Shown here piece after piece: positions 10,119 to 20,346 of a DNA stretch of 64,000 bases. Every line of letters starts with the position of its first letter. The first letter of the stretch is position 1. Location: contig CAXXTH010000018.1 in assembly GCA_963668025.2 (NCBI GenBank), positions 480,001-544,000 of the forward strand, given 5' to 3'. The position numbers and the translations under genes are program-made. A model generated the notes under the pieces. It saw nothing but the letters and a program-made list of their open reading frames with translations. It was not told the origin of the DNA and searched no databases. The stretch is from Candidatus Hydrogenedentota bacterium (GTDB lineage: Bacteria > Hydrogenedentota > Hydrogenedentia > Hydrogenedentales > SLHB01).

Positions 10119-11288
10119 TTATCCCGCCGCGCGTGCTTGTTGCACGGGAAACGCATCCCCCCCGCCAGCCACCTCCCTTCTCTCACTGCCCAAGGCATAT
10201 CCATTCGGATGCAGTTCCAAGGTTTTCACTTCACCCGGTGCGATAAAAACACTTTTGGCCGGAAGTTGGGCATTTGATATGCGCTCAAGCAGCAATTCCG
10301 CCGAACGGAGCCCGATTTCAACACCTTGCTGGGACAGCGCGATGGCTTGGAGCGGTTCGGTATCTGAAAAACAGCCATCGTCCACGGTGGCGAGCGCCAC
10401 ATCTTCTGGCAAGCGATAATTCAAGGCGCGCAGCTCCCGCGCCATCTTTCCCGCGATGATATCGTTGATGCACATGAACGCCGTAGGAGAGCGCCGGAGG
10501 GCCATCACGGAATTAATGGACGCCCGGCGAATGTGTTCGGAGCCTTCCATGGATACCCGCCAGCGTGGGTCAATCTCAAGGCCTGCTTCGGCCAGGGCCT
10601 GTTCATAGCCCGCGATGCGGTTGAACTGGCTTGTCGCCAAGTCGGATTCCGATATCGCAATGCCAATGCGCTCATGGCCTTGGCGAATCAGGGATTCCGT
10701 CAATTCGCGCCCTATCCGCAGATTGTCCGAAACGACAAAATCCAGGCCAACATCGGAAAAATAACGGTCGGCCATGACGACGGGAACGCCCCATTCGCGC
10801 AGCCGCAACATGGCGTTCCGCACGTTTTCCGTCTCGTTTCCCAGCCAGATCAGAAGCCCCGCTATGCCGCTCTCCGGCACGCTATCGAGAAAGCGCACCT
10901 CGGCGTCTTCGTCCAGCACTAAATTATAATTCGTAACGCCATAGCCCGCCTCGAACAGGCATCCCATGAAGCCCTCGAGCACTTCACGGATGTACCGGGA
11001 GGAATACGTCGGAAACGCCGCCATTATCGTGCGAGGCGCTTCCGCGATGGGGCTTCGCGCCACGCCCGGATTCGGCGCGACATAGGAACCGCTGCCTTGC
11101 CGGCGCACGAGGAATCCTTCGATCTCGAGTTCGCGCAACGCCTGGCGGGTTTGGCCGCGGCCTACGGACAATTGCTCGACCAATTCATATTCGGAGGGCA
11201 CCCGGTCGCCCGCAGAAAGCTTGCCCGTAAGGATTTGCTCCTTGACGAACTGCTTGACTTCCTCATATTTGGAATGCCGTTGCGCCAT
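10119..11288 (-). CDS. GntR-HTH / LacI-type effector domain regulator (AraR-like)
   Basis: GDRVPSEYELVEQLSVGRGQTRQAL...RRQGSGSYV followed by a periplasmic-binding-fold domain (VVSDN, PTAFMCINDIIA). Confidence 0.92.
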   Translation of the reverse strand: MAQRHSKYEEVKQFVKEQILTGKLSAGDRVPSEYELVEQLSVGRGQTRQALRELEIEGFLVRRQGSGSYVAPNPGVARSPIAEAPRTIMAAFPTYSSRYIREVLEGFMGCLFEAGYGVTNYNLVLDEDAEVRFLDSVPESGIAGLLIWLGNETENVRNAMLRLREWGVPVVMADRYFSDVGLDFVVSDNLRIGRELTESLIRQGHERIGIAISESDLATSQFNRIAGYEQALAEAGLEIDPRWRVSMEGSEHIRRASINSVMALRRSPTAFMCINDIIAGKMARELRALNYRLPEDVALATVDDGCFSDTEPLQAIALSQQGVEIGLRSAELLLERISNAQLPAKSVFIAPGEVKTLELHPNGYALGSERREVAGGGDAFPVQQARAAG

Positions 11289-11367
11289 TGAAGTTCCTCG
11301 AATCAGACCGTTGAATATAGAGATGGATTTGCCAATGCCAGGGAGAGTGTTTGAATACAGCCGGAGG

Positions 11368-11439
11368 AATTGGCATACAAGTTGATTTAACTTTATCTAT
11401 CTGTAAGCAATCATACCAAATTGGCCTCCAAGTTGTCAA
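11368..11439 (-). promoter_or_regulatory. Promoter of the regulator-DUF1559-ABC operon with two 17-bp operator repeats
   Basis: Minus strand TTGACA-18-TATGAT with TG extension (11439-11410). AATTGGCATACAAGTTG (11368-11384) and AATTGGCCTCCAAGTTG (11419-11435) are 15/17 identical. Confidence 0.7.
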
Positions 11440-11654
11440 CAAGATAATGTAGTGGGGCAACTCGGAGTGCCTACAAGAAAGCAAGATGCATGTAAAGTAT
11501 TGTATAATAATGAATTAACTAACTTGGTGCCATGTGAGGATTTGGCTGGATATATACAAGACTGGGTTGCTGGGTTTTCAGTTGCTGGAAAGAAAAATGA
11601 GGAAAATAGAGGATTGAGCCGCATCAAGGCGGTAGGCGATGGAAAGATCAGCGT

Positions 11655-12578
11655 TTATGATTTGGAAGGAATGTGGGAAGGTGTTTCATTTCCTTGGCTG
11701 GCCGCCACAAACAAGACGCATTGGCCGGCCTCTTTTTCGAGCTGGCTCACCAGCAGGGGGAAATCATCCGTTGAAATGCCCAGCCTGTTCCAGGTGAGTT
11801 CGGAGCATTTCAAGGAGTGGTCTTCGATGGCAAGCCCCATCCCCATTCCTAAGCTCATAAAATCGGCCAGATGAATGAGGCTCACGAAATCGCGGGCGTT
11901 TTCTGGGGCGGAGCTGGGGTGGTGGTGCCATTGGATTGCTTGCGCCAAGTGTTCTGGGAGGTTCCATTGCCGCAGTAAAATGGCTCCGGCGGCTCCATGG
12001 TCCATGCCTAATACTTCCATCTCGATGTCTGGCTGCGGCGCGCCATGAAGCGAGGTGAGATGATGTACGTGATTCATTTGGATGGGAAAGTATTCCTCCA
12101 GCGCCAGAAGCCCCACATCGTGGAGCAGCCCCGCCGTATAGGCTTCATCCACGCATAGCCGTTCCGGCTGGGCGGCATGCGGGGCGAGGATGCGCGCGGC
12201 CATGGCCGCGAGCAAGGAATGCCGCCAGAAATCATGGTGATCGAGGTGTTTGCCTAGTGAATGAAATGCGGCCATCGTCCCAGCGTCCCGCACCACGCGC
12301 GCCGTTTCCTGGAAGCCCAGGCGGATGACCGCTTGGGTGACGGATGCGATTCTTCCGGCCCGCTGGCCGTGATACGCCGAATTCGCCAAGCGCAATATGG
12401 CTCCCGCAAGGCCCGGATCGCTCTCGATCACTTTCGCCACGTCGGCGGGCCCGGCGGAAGCGTCTTGAAACAGCGGCTGTACCGCCAAAACCGCGGGCGA
12501 CAAAGCGGGCAGGCGCTCGATGGAGTTGAGGCGCGCCTCTATTTCTTCTTTGAAAGCAGCCATATATCCTCTGTCCAA
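11655..12578 (-). CDS. HDOD domain protein
   Basis: LPALSP, IESDPGLAGAILRLANSAY, FWRHS, AGLLHDVG and HHHP motifs. Confidence 0.93.
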   Translation of the reverse strand: MDRGYMAAFKEEIEARLNSIERLPALSPAVLAVQPLFQDASAGPADVAKVIESDPGLAGAILRLANSAYHGQRAGRIASVTQAVIRLGFQETARVVRDAGTMAAFHSLGKHLDHHDFWRHSLLAAMAARILAPHAAQPERLCVDEAYTAGLLHDVGLLALEEYFPIQMNHVHHLTSLHGAPQPDIEMEVLGMDHGAAGAILLRQWNLPEHLAQAIQWHHHPSSAPENARDFVSLIHLADFMSLGMGMGLAIEDHSLKCSELTWNRLGISTDDFPLLVSQLEKEAGQCVLFVAASQGNETPSHIPSKS

Positions 12579-12593
12579 TGAACCGGGTGCGAA

Positions 12594-12974
12594 TTAGAAT
12601 GATGCCTGCCCTAAACTCTCCACGATACGCATGGCGAGTTCCTCGGGCGAAAACGGCTTGGTGACATAATTGGAGGCCCCGGTCTTGATTGCTTGAATCA
12701 TATGGACGCGTTCGCTTTCAGTCGTTACCATTATTACGGGGATGTGCTTATACCGCTCATCGCTTTTCAGTATTTTTAATAATTCGAAGCCATTCATCAC
12801 GGGCATATTGACATCCAGCAAGATCAAGGACAGGTCTTGATACTGCTCCGAAACCACATCGAGTCCTTGCTGTCCGTTGCAAGCCTCGACGCATTCGTAG
12901 CTCAGGGTTTCCGCCGCGCCACGTATGATTTTGCGCATCACCATGGAATCATCTACGGATAATATCTTGCCCAT
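12594..12974 (-). CDS. cheY: CheY-like single-domain response regulator
   Basis: ILSVDDS, LLDVNMPVMNG, MVTT and YVTKPF motifs; lies in the che cluster. Confidence 0.85.
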   Translation of the reverse strand: MGKILSVDDSMVMRKIIRGAAETLSYECVEACNGQQGLDVVSEQYQDLSLILLDVNMPVMNGFELLKILKSDERYKHIPVIMVTTESERVHMIQAIKTGASNYVTKPFSPEELAMRIVESLGQASF

Positions 12975-12988
12975 TGTGCGGCCTCCTT

Positions 12989-13861
12989 TTATGACAGATG
13001 AGAGATGTGCTGGTAGTAGCGCCCGCCGTTATACTCCAGCGATTTGAATTGGCTGCATAATCCCATCAATGATTCGCTGGCGCCCAAAAACAAGCAGCCC
13101 GACGGAGCCAGCGCGCTGGCGAGGTTATGGAAAATCATCCGTTTTAACGCTTCGGAAAAATAGATGCATACGTATCGTAGAAAACAAAGGTCAAAGCCGC
13201 CCAGCGCCGATATGGAGTCTTGGAGGTTGAATTTTTTGAATGTGACCATCCGGCGTATGGCGGGATCAAGCTCCCACACCCGGCCATTGGCTTTAAAGTA
13301 GCGGTTCCGGTAGGAATCGGGAAGGCCGCGATTCATCGAGAGCTGGTCGTACCGGGCCGCGCTGGCCAAGAATAACGCCGAGGGGGAAATGTCCGTCGCG
13401 AGAATCTCGAAGAAGTGGGGCGTGACAGCGGGCCGGATGCCTTGCGCGGCTTGCTGTTCACAAAATTCATGGATCGTCATCGCGATCGAGTACGGTTCCT
13501 GGCCCGTGGAGCACGCCGCCGACCATATCCGGATGCGGCCCCGGCGTCCGGCGCGCAGGTCCGCGGCGAAAGCGGGCAGCAATTGTTCGCGCAATATGGT
13601 ATATGGATGGGCATCCCGGAACCAGAGTGTTTCATTCGTGGTCATCGCGTCGATGATTTTTTCCCGAAGGGTGTCTTCGCGCTGTTCGGCGGCCATCCGG
13701 TAGAAAGCCCCGAATGTTTCGCAGCCGTTCTCGATCATGAGCTTCAGCAGGCGGGTCTCGATGAGATAGGCCTTTTCATCACCTAGCGAAATGCCGCAAT
13801 GTTTTTCGATATAGCCGCGCAGCAGCTTGAATTCATCGGTGGTTATGGCTGCATTTGGCAT
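12989..13861 (-). CDS. cheR: Chemotaxis protein-glutamate methyltransferase
   Basis: TTNETLWFRD, RIWSAACSTGQEPYS, ILATDIS and LFLGASE motifs. Confidence 0.96.
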   Translation of the reverse strand: MPNAAITTDEFKLLRGYIEKHCGISLGDEKAYLIETRLLKLMIENGCETFGAFYRMAAEQREDTLREKIIDAMTTNETLWFRDAHPYTILREQLLPAFAADLRAGRRGRIRIWSAACSTGQEPYSIAMTIHEFCEQQAAQGIRPAVTPHFFEILATDISPSALFLASAARYDQLSMNRGLPDSYRNRYFKANGRVWELDPAIRRMVTFKKFNLQDSISALGGFDLCFLRYVCIYFSEALKRMIFHNLASALAPSGCLFLGASESLMGLCSQFKSLEYNGGRYYQHISHLS

Positions 13862-13878
13862 AGCGCCCCCAGATTTCC

Positions 13879-15045
13879 CTATGTCCGCGCATGTGTTCGA
13901 GAGTTTCGAGTGATTTCATCTATGCGAAGTGCGATCTTCTTGAGCGGGATGCTTTCGTCTGATAAACCGGCTTCATCGACGGCTTGAGGCATGCCGTATA
14001 CGACGCAGGTGGCTTCGCTTTGGGTAATGCAATAGCATCCTTTGCGCTTCAATGCGCGGACGCCTTCACATCCGTCGGAGCCCATTCCCGTCATGATGAC
14101 GGCAAGCACATTGCCCGCATAATACGTGGCGATGGAATGAAATAAAACATCCACCGATGGGCGGCAGCTATGTACGGGCGGGCTGTCGCTGAGCCCCGCC
14201 ATTAATTGGGCGGGGTTATCCGTGGCGCTCAAGCTGCGGCGGACCACCAAATGGCGGCCGCCGGGGGCCACATAGACAGTATTAGGCTCTAGGCGTTGAT
14301 TGTCGCGCGCCTCGCATACCGCCAGCTTGCTCTTTTTATTAAGAGCGTCCGCCAAGGTCAAAGTGAATAGCGGGGGCATGTGCTGCACGAGCAGGATCGG
14401 CACGCCGAGGTCTCCTGGAAGCAGTGGCAGCACTTCGCACAGCGCATTAGGCCCGCCCGTTGAGACTCCAATAGCAATGACATCCACACGAGGAGGAGTT
14501 CTTGCGCCAGCACGGAGCGTGGGGGGCTTCGTGGCATGCCTAAGCGTTTCCGGCGCCGGTGTTTTGGCGTACGGGATCGCCTGGCCGCCCAAGGACCGCA
14601 ATCGGCGCCGGACCGTCAGAATGCGAATGCAGGAGCGGAGGTGGTTGCCGAGCAGAATGACGTTTTCCTCCGTGCTTGCGCCTTCCGGTTTGCGAATAAA
14701 ATCGAGCGCGCCCCGTTCAAGCGCCTGCACGGTCGAGCGCGCCGCGGCTTTGCTCACGCCGCTGACCATGATAACGCCTGTTTCCGGGTATCGCTTCCGA
14801 ATAATTTCCAGTGTTTCCAAGCCGCCCATTTCGGGCATTTCCACATCCAGCAGAACCAAGTCAATGGCTTGCCCGGCGCTGGCCGCCTGCTCCATGCGTG
14901 CGAGCGCTAGTTTGCCATTAGGCGCGGTTCCCGCCACCTGCACGCCTGGAATAGTATGGATAACATCGGCCAGGATTTTTCGATACACCACCGTATCATC
15001 TACGATGAGCGCGCGAAGGATGGCGTTGTCTTCCCGGGCATCCAT
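13879..15045 (-). CDS. cheB: Chemotaxis methylesterase (REC + CheB)
   Basis: REC domain plus IGVSTGGP, VQHMP, RPSVDVLF and MTGMGSDG motifs. Confidence 0.96.
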   Translation of the reverse strand: MDAREDNAILRALIVDDTVVYRKILADVIHTIPGVQVAGTAPNGKLALARMEQAASAGQAIDLVLLDVEMPEMGGLETLEIIRKRYPETGVIMVSGVSKAAARSTVQALERGALDFIRKPEGASTEENVILLGNHLRSCIRILTVRRRLRSLGGQAIPYAKTPAPETLRHATKPPTLRAGARTPPRVDVIAIGVSTGGPNALCEVLPLLPGDLGVPILLVQHMPPLFTLTLADALNKKSKLAVCEARDNQRLEPNTVYVAPGGRHLVVRRSLSATDNPAQLMAGLSDSPPVHSCRPSVDVLFHSIATYYAGNVLAVIMTGMGSDGCEGVRALKRKGCYCITQSEATCVVYGMPQAVDEAGLSDESIPLKKIALRIDEITRNSRTHART

Positions 15046-15072
15046 GTTCAGGGGTAATCCTTGCTTTGCCGC

Positions 15073-17037
15073 CTATATGGAAAAACGCTGGACGAGCGCA
15101 TTGAGGCGTCCCGCCAATTCCCCAAGCTGCAAGGCGGATTGATGGAACTGTTCAGCGCCATCCGCGGATGATTGGGCGGTCTGGCTGGCGGCCACAATAT
15201 CTTCCGCCACTTTTCCTATTCCTATCGCGGCTTCCGCCGAATTCTCCGCCATGGAGGAGCTTCTCGTGGCCAAATCGCCCACCGAATGCGAGATATCATT
15301 CACGGCTCTCACGGCTTCCTGTACGTTCTTTGAGATTTCGGAAGCCCCATTGGCGGCTTCCTGTACATTTTTCGAAACCTCGTTTGAACCGCGCGCCGCA
15401 CTGGCGACGTTCTTTGCGATTTCGTTCGTCGTGGAAGTTTGCTCCTCGACCGCAGCGGCGATGGTGCCCGAAATGGAGTTGATCTCGTTGATGATGCTTA
15501 CGATGTCCGCGATGGCTTTAACCGCTTCTTGCGTGCTCACTTGGATGTCGCTGACTTGCCCGCGGATGTCTTCCGTGGCGGATGCAGTTTGTTTCGCAAG
15601 TTCTTTGACTTCATTGGCCACCACGGCGAAACCCCGGCCCGCATCGCCAGCCGAAGCGGCTTCGATAGTGGCGTTCAGCGCCAGCAGGTTGGTTTGTGCG
15701 GCGATGCCACGGATCATATCGACCACTTTGCCAATGGAATTGGCGGATGTGCCCAGCCGATCCACAATCCCGGCCGTGCTGTTTGCCGCACTGGCCGCTT
15801 TATTCGCCACTAGCGCCGCCTGGCTCGAATTCTTGGCCACTTCATTCAAGGACGCCGACATTTCTTCAATAGAGGTCGCCACCGTGTTGACCGATGAAGT
15901 CATTTCTTCTGAAGCGGCGGCTATAGTGGACATGTTCGCGGACATTTGCTCGACGGCTGCGCCCACCGTATTCAAATTCGAGGACATTTCCTCGGCGGAA
16001 GCAGCAATGGTGCTGGTTTGGGCGCTGTTTTCCTCAATGGCGGTGGCCAGGAACTGCACGTTTTTAGCGGATTGGTCTGTTACGGCGGCGGAGTGAACGG
16101 TCCGCTCCTTGAAAGCGCCCACATTCTCCGACATGGCTTGTGCATTGCTTCCCAAGGAAGAAGATGACTCCGAGAGCTGTCCTGCGTTTACTTGGATTTC
16201 ACTCAGAACCGCCACTATTTGCTCGATGGTTTGATTCAAGACTTGAGAGATTTCTTGATACATTTTAAGTAAATCGCCCATGCCTTCTTCTACCGTATCG
16301 GAAACGATGTAACGATCCGTCCAGTCCCCTTTTGCCATACTCTGCAAGACGGAGAAAAATTCCGAAATCCGCGCCCGCCGGTAGGCTAATGCCCGCACCT
16401 GGAAATCCTTCTCACGCTCCTGCTCCGTGATGTCTTGGACTAACTCAATATGGCCCATACGGTTGCCGTGTAAATCGTTGAGATAAGCCACATCCACTTT
16501 AAAGTGCTTATCAAGCCCAGGCTGTACAAATTGGGAGGCAGGCGTGCCGTTCTCGAGCATGCGGATCCCGCAACGATTGGTGTTGCAGATGTCGGCTCCC
16601 CAATTGCAGCATTGCTGGCCCAGCACATCCTGCCTCGTTTTGCCCGTAATATCGCATGCAGCCTTGTTAATGAATGCCCATCGCATCTCCATGTCCGTCA
16701 CGGAGATGGGAAATGGAATGGAATCCAGCATGGATTCATACCAATACATCCGCTCGGAAGCGGCGTCAAGCAGGCCGTTGATTTGGCCTAGTATTTCAGC
16801 GGATTGGGAATCATATCCGTCCATCTCGGCGCGGGCGCCAAAATCGCCTTTCCGCACCGATTGGAGCAAGCGTTCAATTTCTTGGAGAGATGTCTTTTTG
16901 GCTTGCTTCTTAGCGGTATTGGCCGCAGCCGCTTTCTTGGCGGTTGTAGCATCCGCTTTTTTTGCCGCTGGCTTCTTTTCATTTGCCTGGAGCGGTTTGG
17001 CCTGTTTACCCGAGGTAGATTTGGACGCCATGATCAT
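15073..17037 (-). CDS. Cytoplasmic methyl-accepting chemotaxis protein with PAS domain
   Basis: [37 protein letters not shown] hairpin; PAS segment ([12 protein letters not shown]...[11 protein letters not shown]); no TM helix. Confidence 0.93.
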   Translation of the reverse strand: MIMASKSTSGKQAKPLQANEKKPAAKKADATTAKKAAAANTAKKQAKKTSLQEIERLLQSVRKGDFGARAEMDGYDSQSAEILGQINGLLDAASERMYWYESMLDSIPFPISVTDMEMRWAFINKAACDITGKTRQDVLGQQCCNWGADICNTNRCGIRMLENGTPASQFVQPGLDKHFKVDVAYLNDLHGNRMGHIELVQDITEQEREKDFQVRALAYRRARISEFFSVLQSMAKGDWTDRYIVSDTVEEGMGDLLKMYQEISQVLNQTIEQIVAVLSEIQVNAGQLSESSSSLGSNAQAMSENVGAFKERTVHSAAVTDQSAKNVQFLATAIEENSAQTSTIAASAEEMSSNLNTVGAAVEQMSANMSTIAAASEEMTSSVNTVATSIEEMSASLNEVAKNSSQAALVANKAASAANSTAGIVDRLGTSANSIGKVVDMIRGIAAQTNLLALNATIEAASAGDAGRGFAVVANEVKELAKQTASATEDIRGQVSDIQVSTQEAVKAIADIVSIINEINSISGTIAAAVEEQTSTTNEIAKNVASAARGSNEVSKNVQEAANGASEISKNVQEAVRAVNDISHSVGDLATRSSSMAENSAEAAIGIGKVAEDIVAASQTAQSSADGAEQFHQSALQLGELAGRLNALVQRFSI

Positions 17038-17137
17038 TCTCCTTGCTCGTATGCGCCATTGCTATATGCTTGGGCCGCTATCTATTTGTTTTAACGTAGC
17101 TACATGCGTTTTCGAGGATACTCCTTTGATACTCGTA

Positions 17138-17614
17138 TCACGCATCCACGCGCAGCAATTCTTGCGTGTTCAATAGAACCATCAATTCATTTTCCAGTTT
17201 CAAAACGCCTTCCACAAAACGCCCCTCGAGTTCGCCCATGTTGGCCGGCGGGGGAGCCATCTGGCTTTCCTGCCCCTCCACTACGTCGCCAATGCCATCG
17301 ACGAGCAAGCCAATCATGTCGGGGCTTGTCTGCAAATGCCCCGCGTCGACAAGCGTGCGGATGGCGGCGAGTTCGGCGTTCGTTTTTAGAATTACATTAT
17401 GGCTGTCTGGGCCAATATTGCGTGGAGATAAGCCCACGCGTGCGCCCAGGTCCAGGATGGTCACAATCTGGCCCCGCAAATTGATGAGGCCGCGCACAAA
17501 TGGAGGCGCCAGCGGCACCGGCGTGATATCCAGCACCTGGTTGATTTCCTTGACTTGCAGGATATCCATGCCAAACAAGCTTTGGTCCAGATTGAAAGTG
17601 GCGTATTGCCTCAT
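17138..17614 (-). CDS. cheW: Chemotaxis scaffold protein
   Basis: ITPVPLAPPFVRGLINLRGQIVTILDL and GLLVD motifs. Confidence 0.95.
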   Translation of the reverse strand: MRQYATFNLDQSLFGMDILQVKEINQVLDITPVPLAPPFVRGLINLRGQIVTILDLGARVGLSPRNIGPDSHNVILKTNAELAAIRTLVDAGHLQTSPDMIGLLVDGIGDVVEGQESQMAPPPANMGELEGRFVEGVLKLENELMVLLNTQELLRVDA

Positions 17615-20346
17615 TCGGAAATGGCCTCCATCGTTTCCTCCTCCGGCTGTGTCTGGCCGAAGGCCGCATCCAACAGCTCACCTGCATCCAGAAACATCGT
17701 AAGCTGCCCTTGGACGATAGCCGTGCCTACAATCCCGGGCCCTATGGATTGCGCTTTCTTCAGTTTAACTTCCACATCCATGGCGTCCACGATATTGGAG
17801 ACCAGGATGCCCATTCGAGGTTCGGTAGATACTCCGTTTTTCAAGAATTTTGGGATGATAACGAAAGCATCTTGGAGGCTCGGCGGCATGGGAGTGACAT
17901 TCAGATGCTGTTCAAGCCTGGCCAGCGGCAAGCCGCGATCATGATATTCCATAAATTCTCGGCTGCCAATGTGCTGCACTTGCTCGAGCCGGAGCGACTC
18001 CAGGCGAAGCACTTGATCTTGCCGGAGGGCGAAATATTCGTTGGGAGCCACGTTGAACAGAATAATGGAGCACTGCGTCCTGCCTTGCTGAAGCTCCTTG
18101 GCGCGCTGGTTTTCCAAGCGCCGCTTTTCTTCTTCCTCCAAGTCCATGAAGCGCAGACGGGCCATGGCGGCCAGCCCGCCCGCGTCGATAATCATGATCA
18201 CGCGCCCGTCTCCCAGAATCGTAGCGCCGGAAAATGCCTTGCATCCTTTAACAAACTCGGACAACGGCTTGACCACGATTTCTTCGATGTCAAATAATTC
18301 GTCCACGATTACGCCAAATTGCCGGGCGCCCAATCGGAGAACGACGATATTATAGTCACTTTGCCAATTTTTACGCCGGTCTGGGCTGCGTCCGGCGGCA
18401 TCTGGCGCATCGGGCAAAGAGGAGCGGCGATCCGCAATCCGTTCACGCCGGTCTTCACATGGCGCATTCTCCTCTGGATCGATAAAAATGCGCGGAATGT
18501 TCAACACATCGGCCAGCCGGATCAGCGGCAGGAGCCGGTCACGCAGCCGTAATACTTCGGCTCCATGCACCTGCTCCACGCGGCGATGAATATCCGCCGC
18601 CCGCACCCAGACAAACTCCACGACATTGACTTGCGGCACCGCAAACCGGTGTTCGCCCACACCCACGATCATTGAAGGGATGATGGCCAGCGTCAGCGGC
18701 AGCCGCAACAGCACCGTGGTTCCTTGCCCAAGCTTGCTCTCCACTTCGATGTGGCCGCCGAGTTTTTCGATATTGTTTCGGACGACATCCATGCCCACGC
18801 CGCGGCCCGATATATCAGATATGGCTTCCGCCGTGGAAAAGCCTGGCGCAAAAACCAGATTGATGATCTCCCGCTCGCTCAGCTTGTCGGCCTCGTTGCT
18901 GCGGATAAGGCCTTTTTCAATGGCCTTATCAAGCACTTTTTCCGGATCAATGCCGCGCCCGTCATCACTGACGGAAATATTCACCTGTCCGCCCTGGTGA
19001 AAGGCCCGCAGCGTGATGCGGGCGCTGTGCGGTTTATGCACGCGTTCCCGTTCTTCTGGGAGTCCGATGCCATGATCCGCGCTATTGCGCACCAGATGCG
19101 TCAGCGGATCACTGAGCATTTCAATGATGGATTTGTCCAATTCCACATTGGAGCCTTCCACCACAAGCTCGATTTCTTTATTCAGCTTGCGCGCCATGTC
19201 GCGCACCACGCGCGAGAAGCGGCTGAATACCGTCCCCACGGGCTGCATCCGCGTCTGCATGATGCCTTCCTGCAATTCCGATGTCACCAAGTCTATGTTT
19301 TGCAGAATCGCCTGAAGGCCTGGCAGGTCTTTCATATGCGCATCAAGCGCCCGCAGCAATTGGTTCCGGCCAAGCACCAATTCTCCCGCCAGGTTGACTA
19401 GGCGGTTCAGCAAATCGACGCGGACGCGCAACGTTTCCGCATGATCTGCTCGGGCTATGTTATGGGAAGTGGATTCGTTAGGCTGCCGTGCAGCCGTTTC
19501 ATGGGACGGCGCGCCCTGCGGCTCCGGCGCATGTGCCGCTTCGATTGTATTTTCCTGAGGCTCGGATGTATTTGGCTTCGATATGCCCTCCGCCCTATTC
19601 AGGAGCCTCACCTGTTTGGCGGGAAGCTCAAGCCCTATGGGCGCCAAATCAGGCTCCAAAACAGAGGCATATAGGATTTGCAGTGAAAACTCATCATCCT
19701 CCCAGCGCTCTTGAATAACACTTGGCTCCTCGGACAATTCGATGATTTGGCCCATTGACTGCGCATTTTCGATGAATTTTTCCCAAGATAATTGGCGGTT
19801 CACCAGATCAATGCCTGGATAAACCTCGATTTGATAGAGGTGTTTGCCATAACGAATCGCTTCTTGCACCGCTTCTTGCGCCAGATTAAATGTCATGATT
19901 TGGGGCTCCGTACCTTGGGCGGCATCACGCACCTGGCCGAGCGCCGCGGAGTCAGTTATTGGTCTATCGAGGAAAGCTTCCAAGCTGGCCATTTCTTCCA
20001 CAATTGGAATCTGCTCGCTGTGGGTTAAGTCATCGATAATTGCACGCAGCTTGTCTACGGCGTTTAGCAGCCTGTCGACAAGCTCTGGCGATGGAACAAG
20101 CTCATTTTCCCGCACGCGCATTAATACGCTTTCCATGCGATGGCTTAGTTTTTTGAGATTGTCAAAGGCGAGAAAGCTAGAAGAACCTTTTATACTGTGG
20201 ATTGCGCGGAAAATCCGGTTTATGGTCTCGGACTCCACTACCCCTTTTGCTTGTTCCATTGCCAACAAATCGGGTTCGATGTTGTTGAGGTGTTCACGAC
20301 TCTCCGTGATGAAGTCGTTGAGAAGACTCTCGTCAAAAAAGCTCAT
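17611..20346 (-). CDS. cheA: Chemotaxis histidine kinase with extra C-terminal CheW-like domain
   Basis: Hpt FRAIHSIKG; HLVRNSADHG; DDGRG; SGRGVGMDVV; LPLTLAI; two CheW-like regions. Confidence 0.96.
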   Translation of the reverse strand: MSFFDESLLNDFITESREHLNNIEPDLLAMEQAKGVVESETINRIFRAIHSIKGSSSFLAFDNLKKLSHRMESVLMRVRENELVPSPELVDRLLNAVDKLRAIIDDLTHSEQIPIVEEMASLEAFLDRPITDSAALGQVRDAAQGTEPQIMTFNLAQEAVQEAIRYGKHLYQIEVYPGIDLVNRQLSWEKFIENAQSMGQIIELSEEPSVIQERWEDDEFSLQILYASVLEPDLAPIGLELPAKQVRLLNRAEGISKPNTSEPQENTIEAAHAPEPQGAPSHETAARQPNESTSHNIARADHAETLRVRVDLLNRLVNLAGELVLGRNQLLRALDAHMKDLPGLQAILQNIDLVTSELQEGIMQTRMQPVGTVFSRFSRVVRDMARKLNKEIELVVEGSNVELDKSIIEMLSDPLTHLVRNSADHGIGLPEERERVHKPHSARITLRAFHQGGQVNISVSDDGRGIDPEKVLDKAIEKGLIRSNEADKLSEREIINLVFAPGFSTAEAISDISGRGVGMDVVRNNIEKLGGHIEVESKLGQGTTVLLRLPLTLAIIPSMIVGVGEHRFAVPQVNVVEFVWVRAADIHRRVEQVHGAEVLRLRDRLLPLIRLADVLNIPRIFIDPEENAPCEDRRERIADRRSSLPDAPDAAGRSPDRRKNWQSDYNIVVLRLGARQFGVIVDELFDIEEIVVKPLSEFVKGCKAFSGATILGDGRVIMIIDAGGLAAMARLRFMDLEEEEKRRLENQRAKELQQGRTQCSIILFNVAPNEYFALRQDQVLRLESLRLEQVQHIGSREFMEYHDRGLPLARLEQHLNVTPMPPSLQDAFVIIPKFLKNGVSTEPRMGILVSNIVDAMDVEVKLKKAQSIGPGIVGTAIVQGQLTMFLDAGELLDAAFGQTQPEEETMEAISE

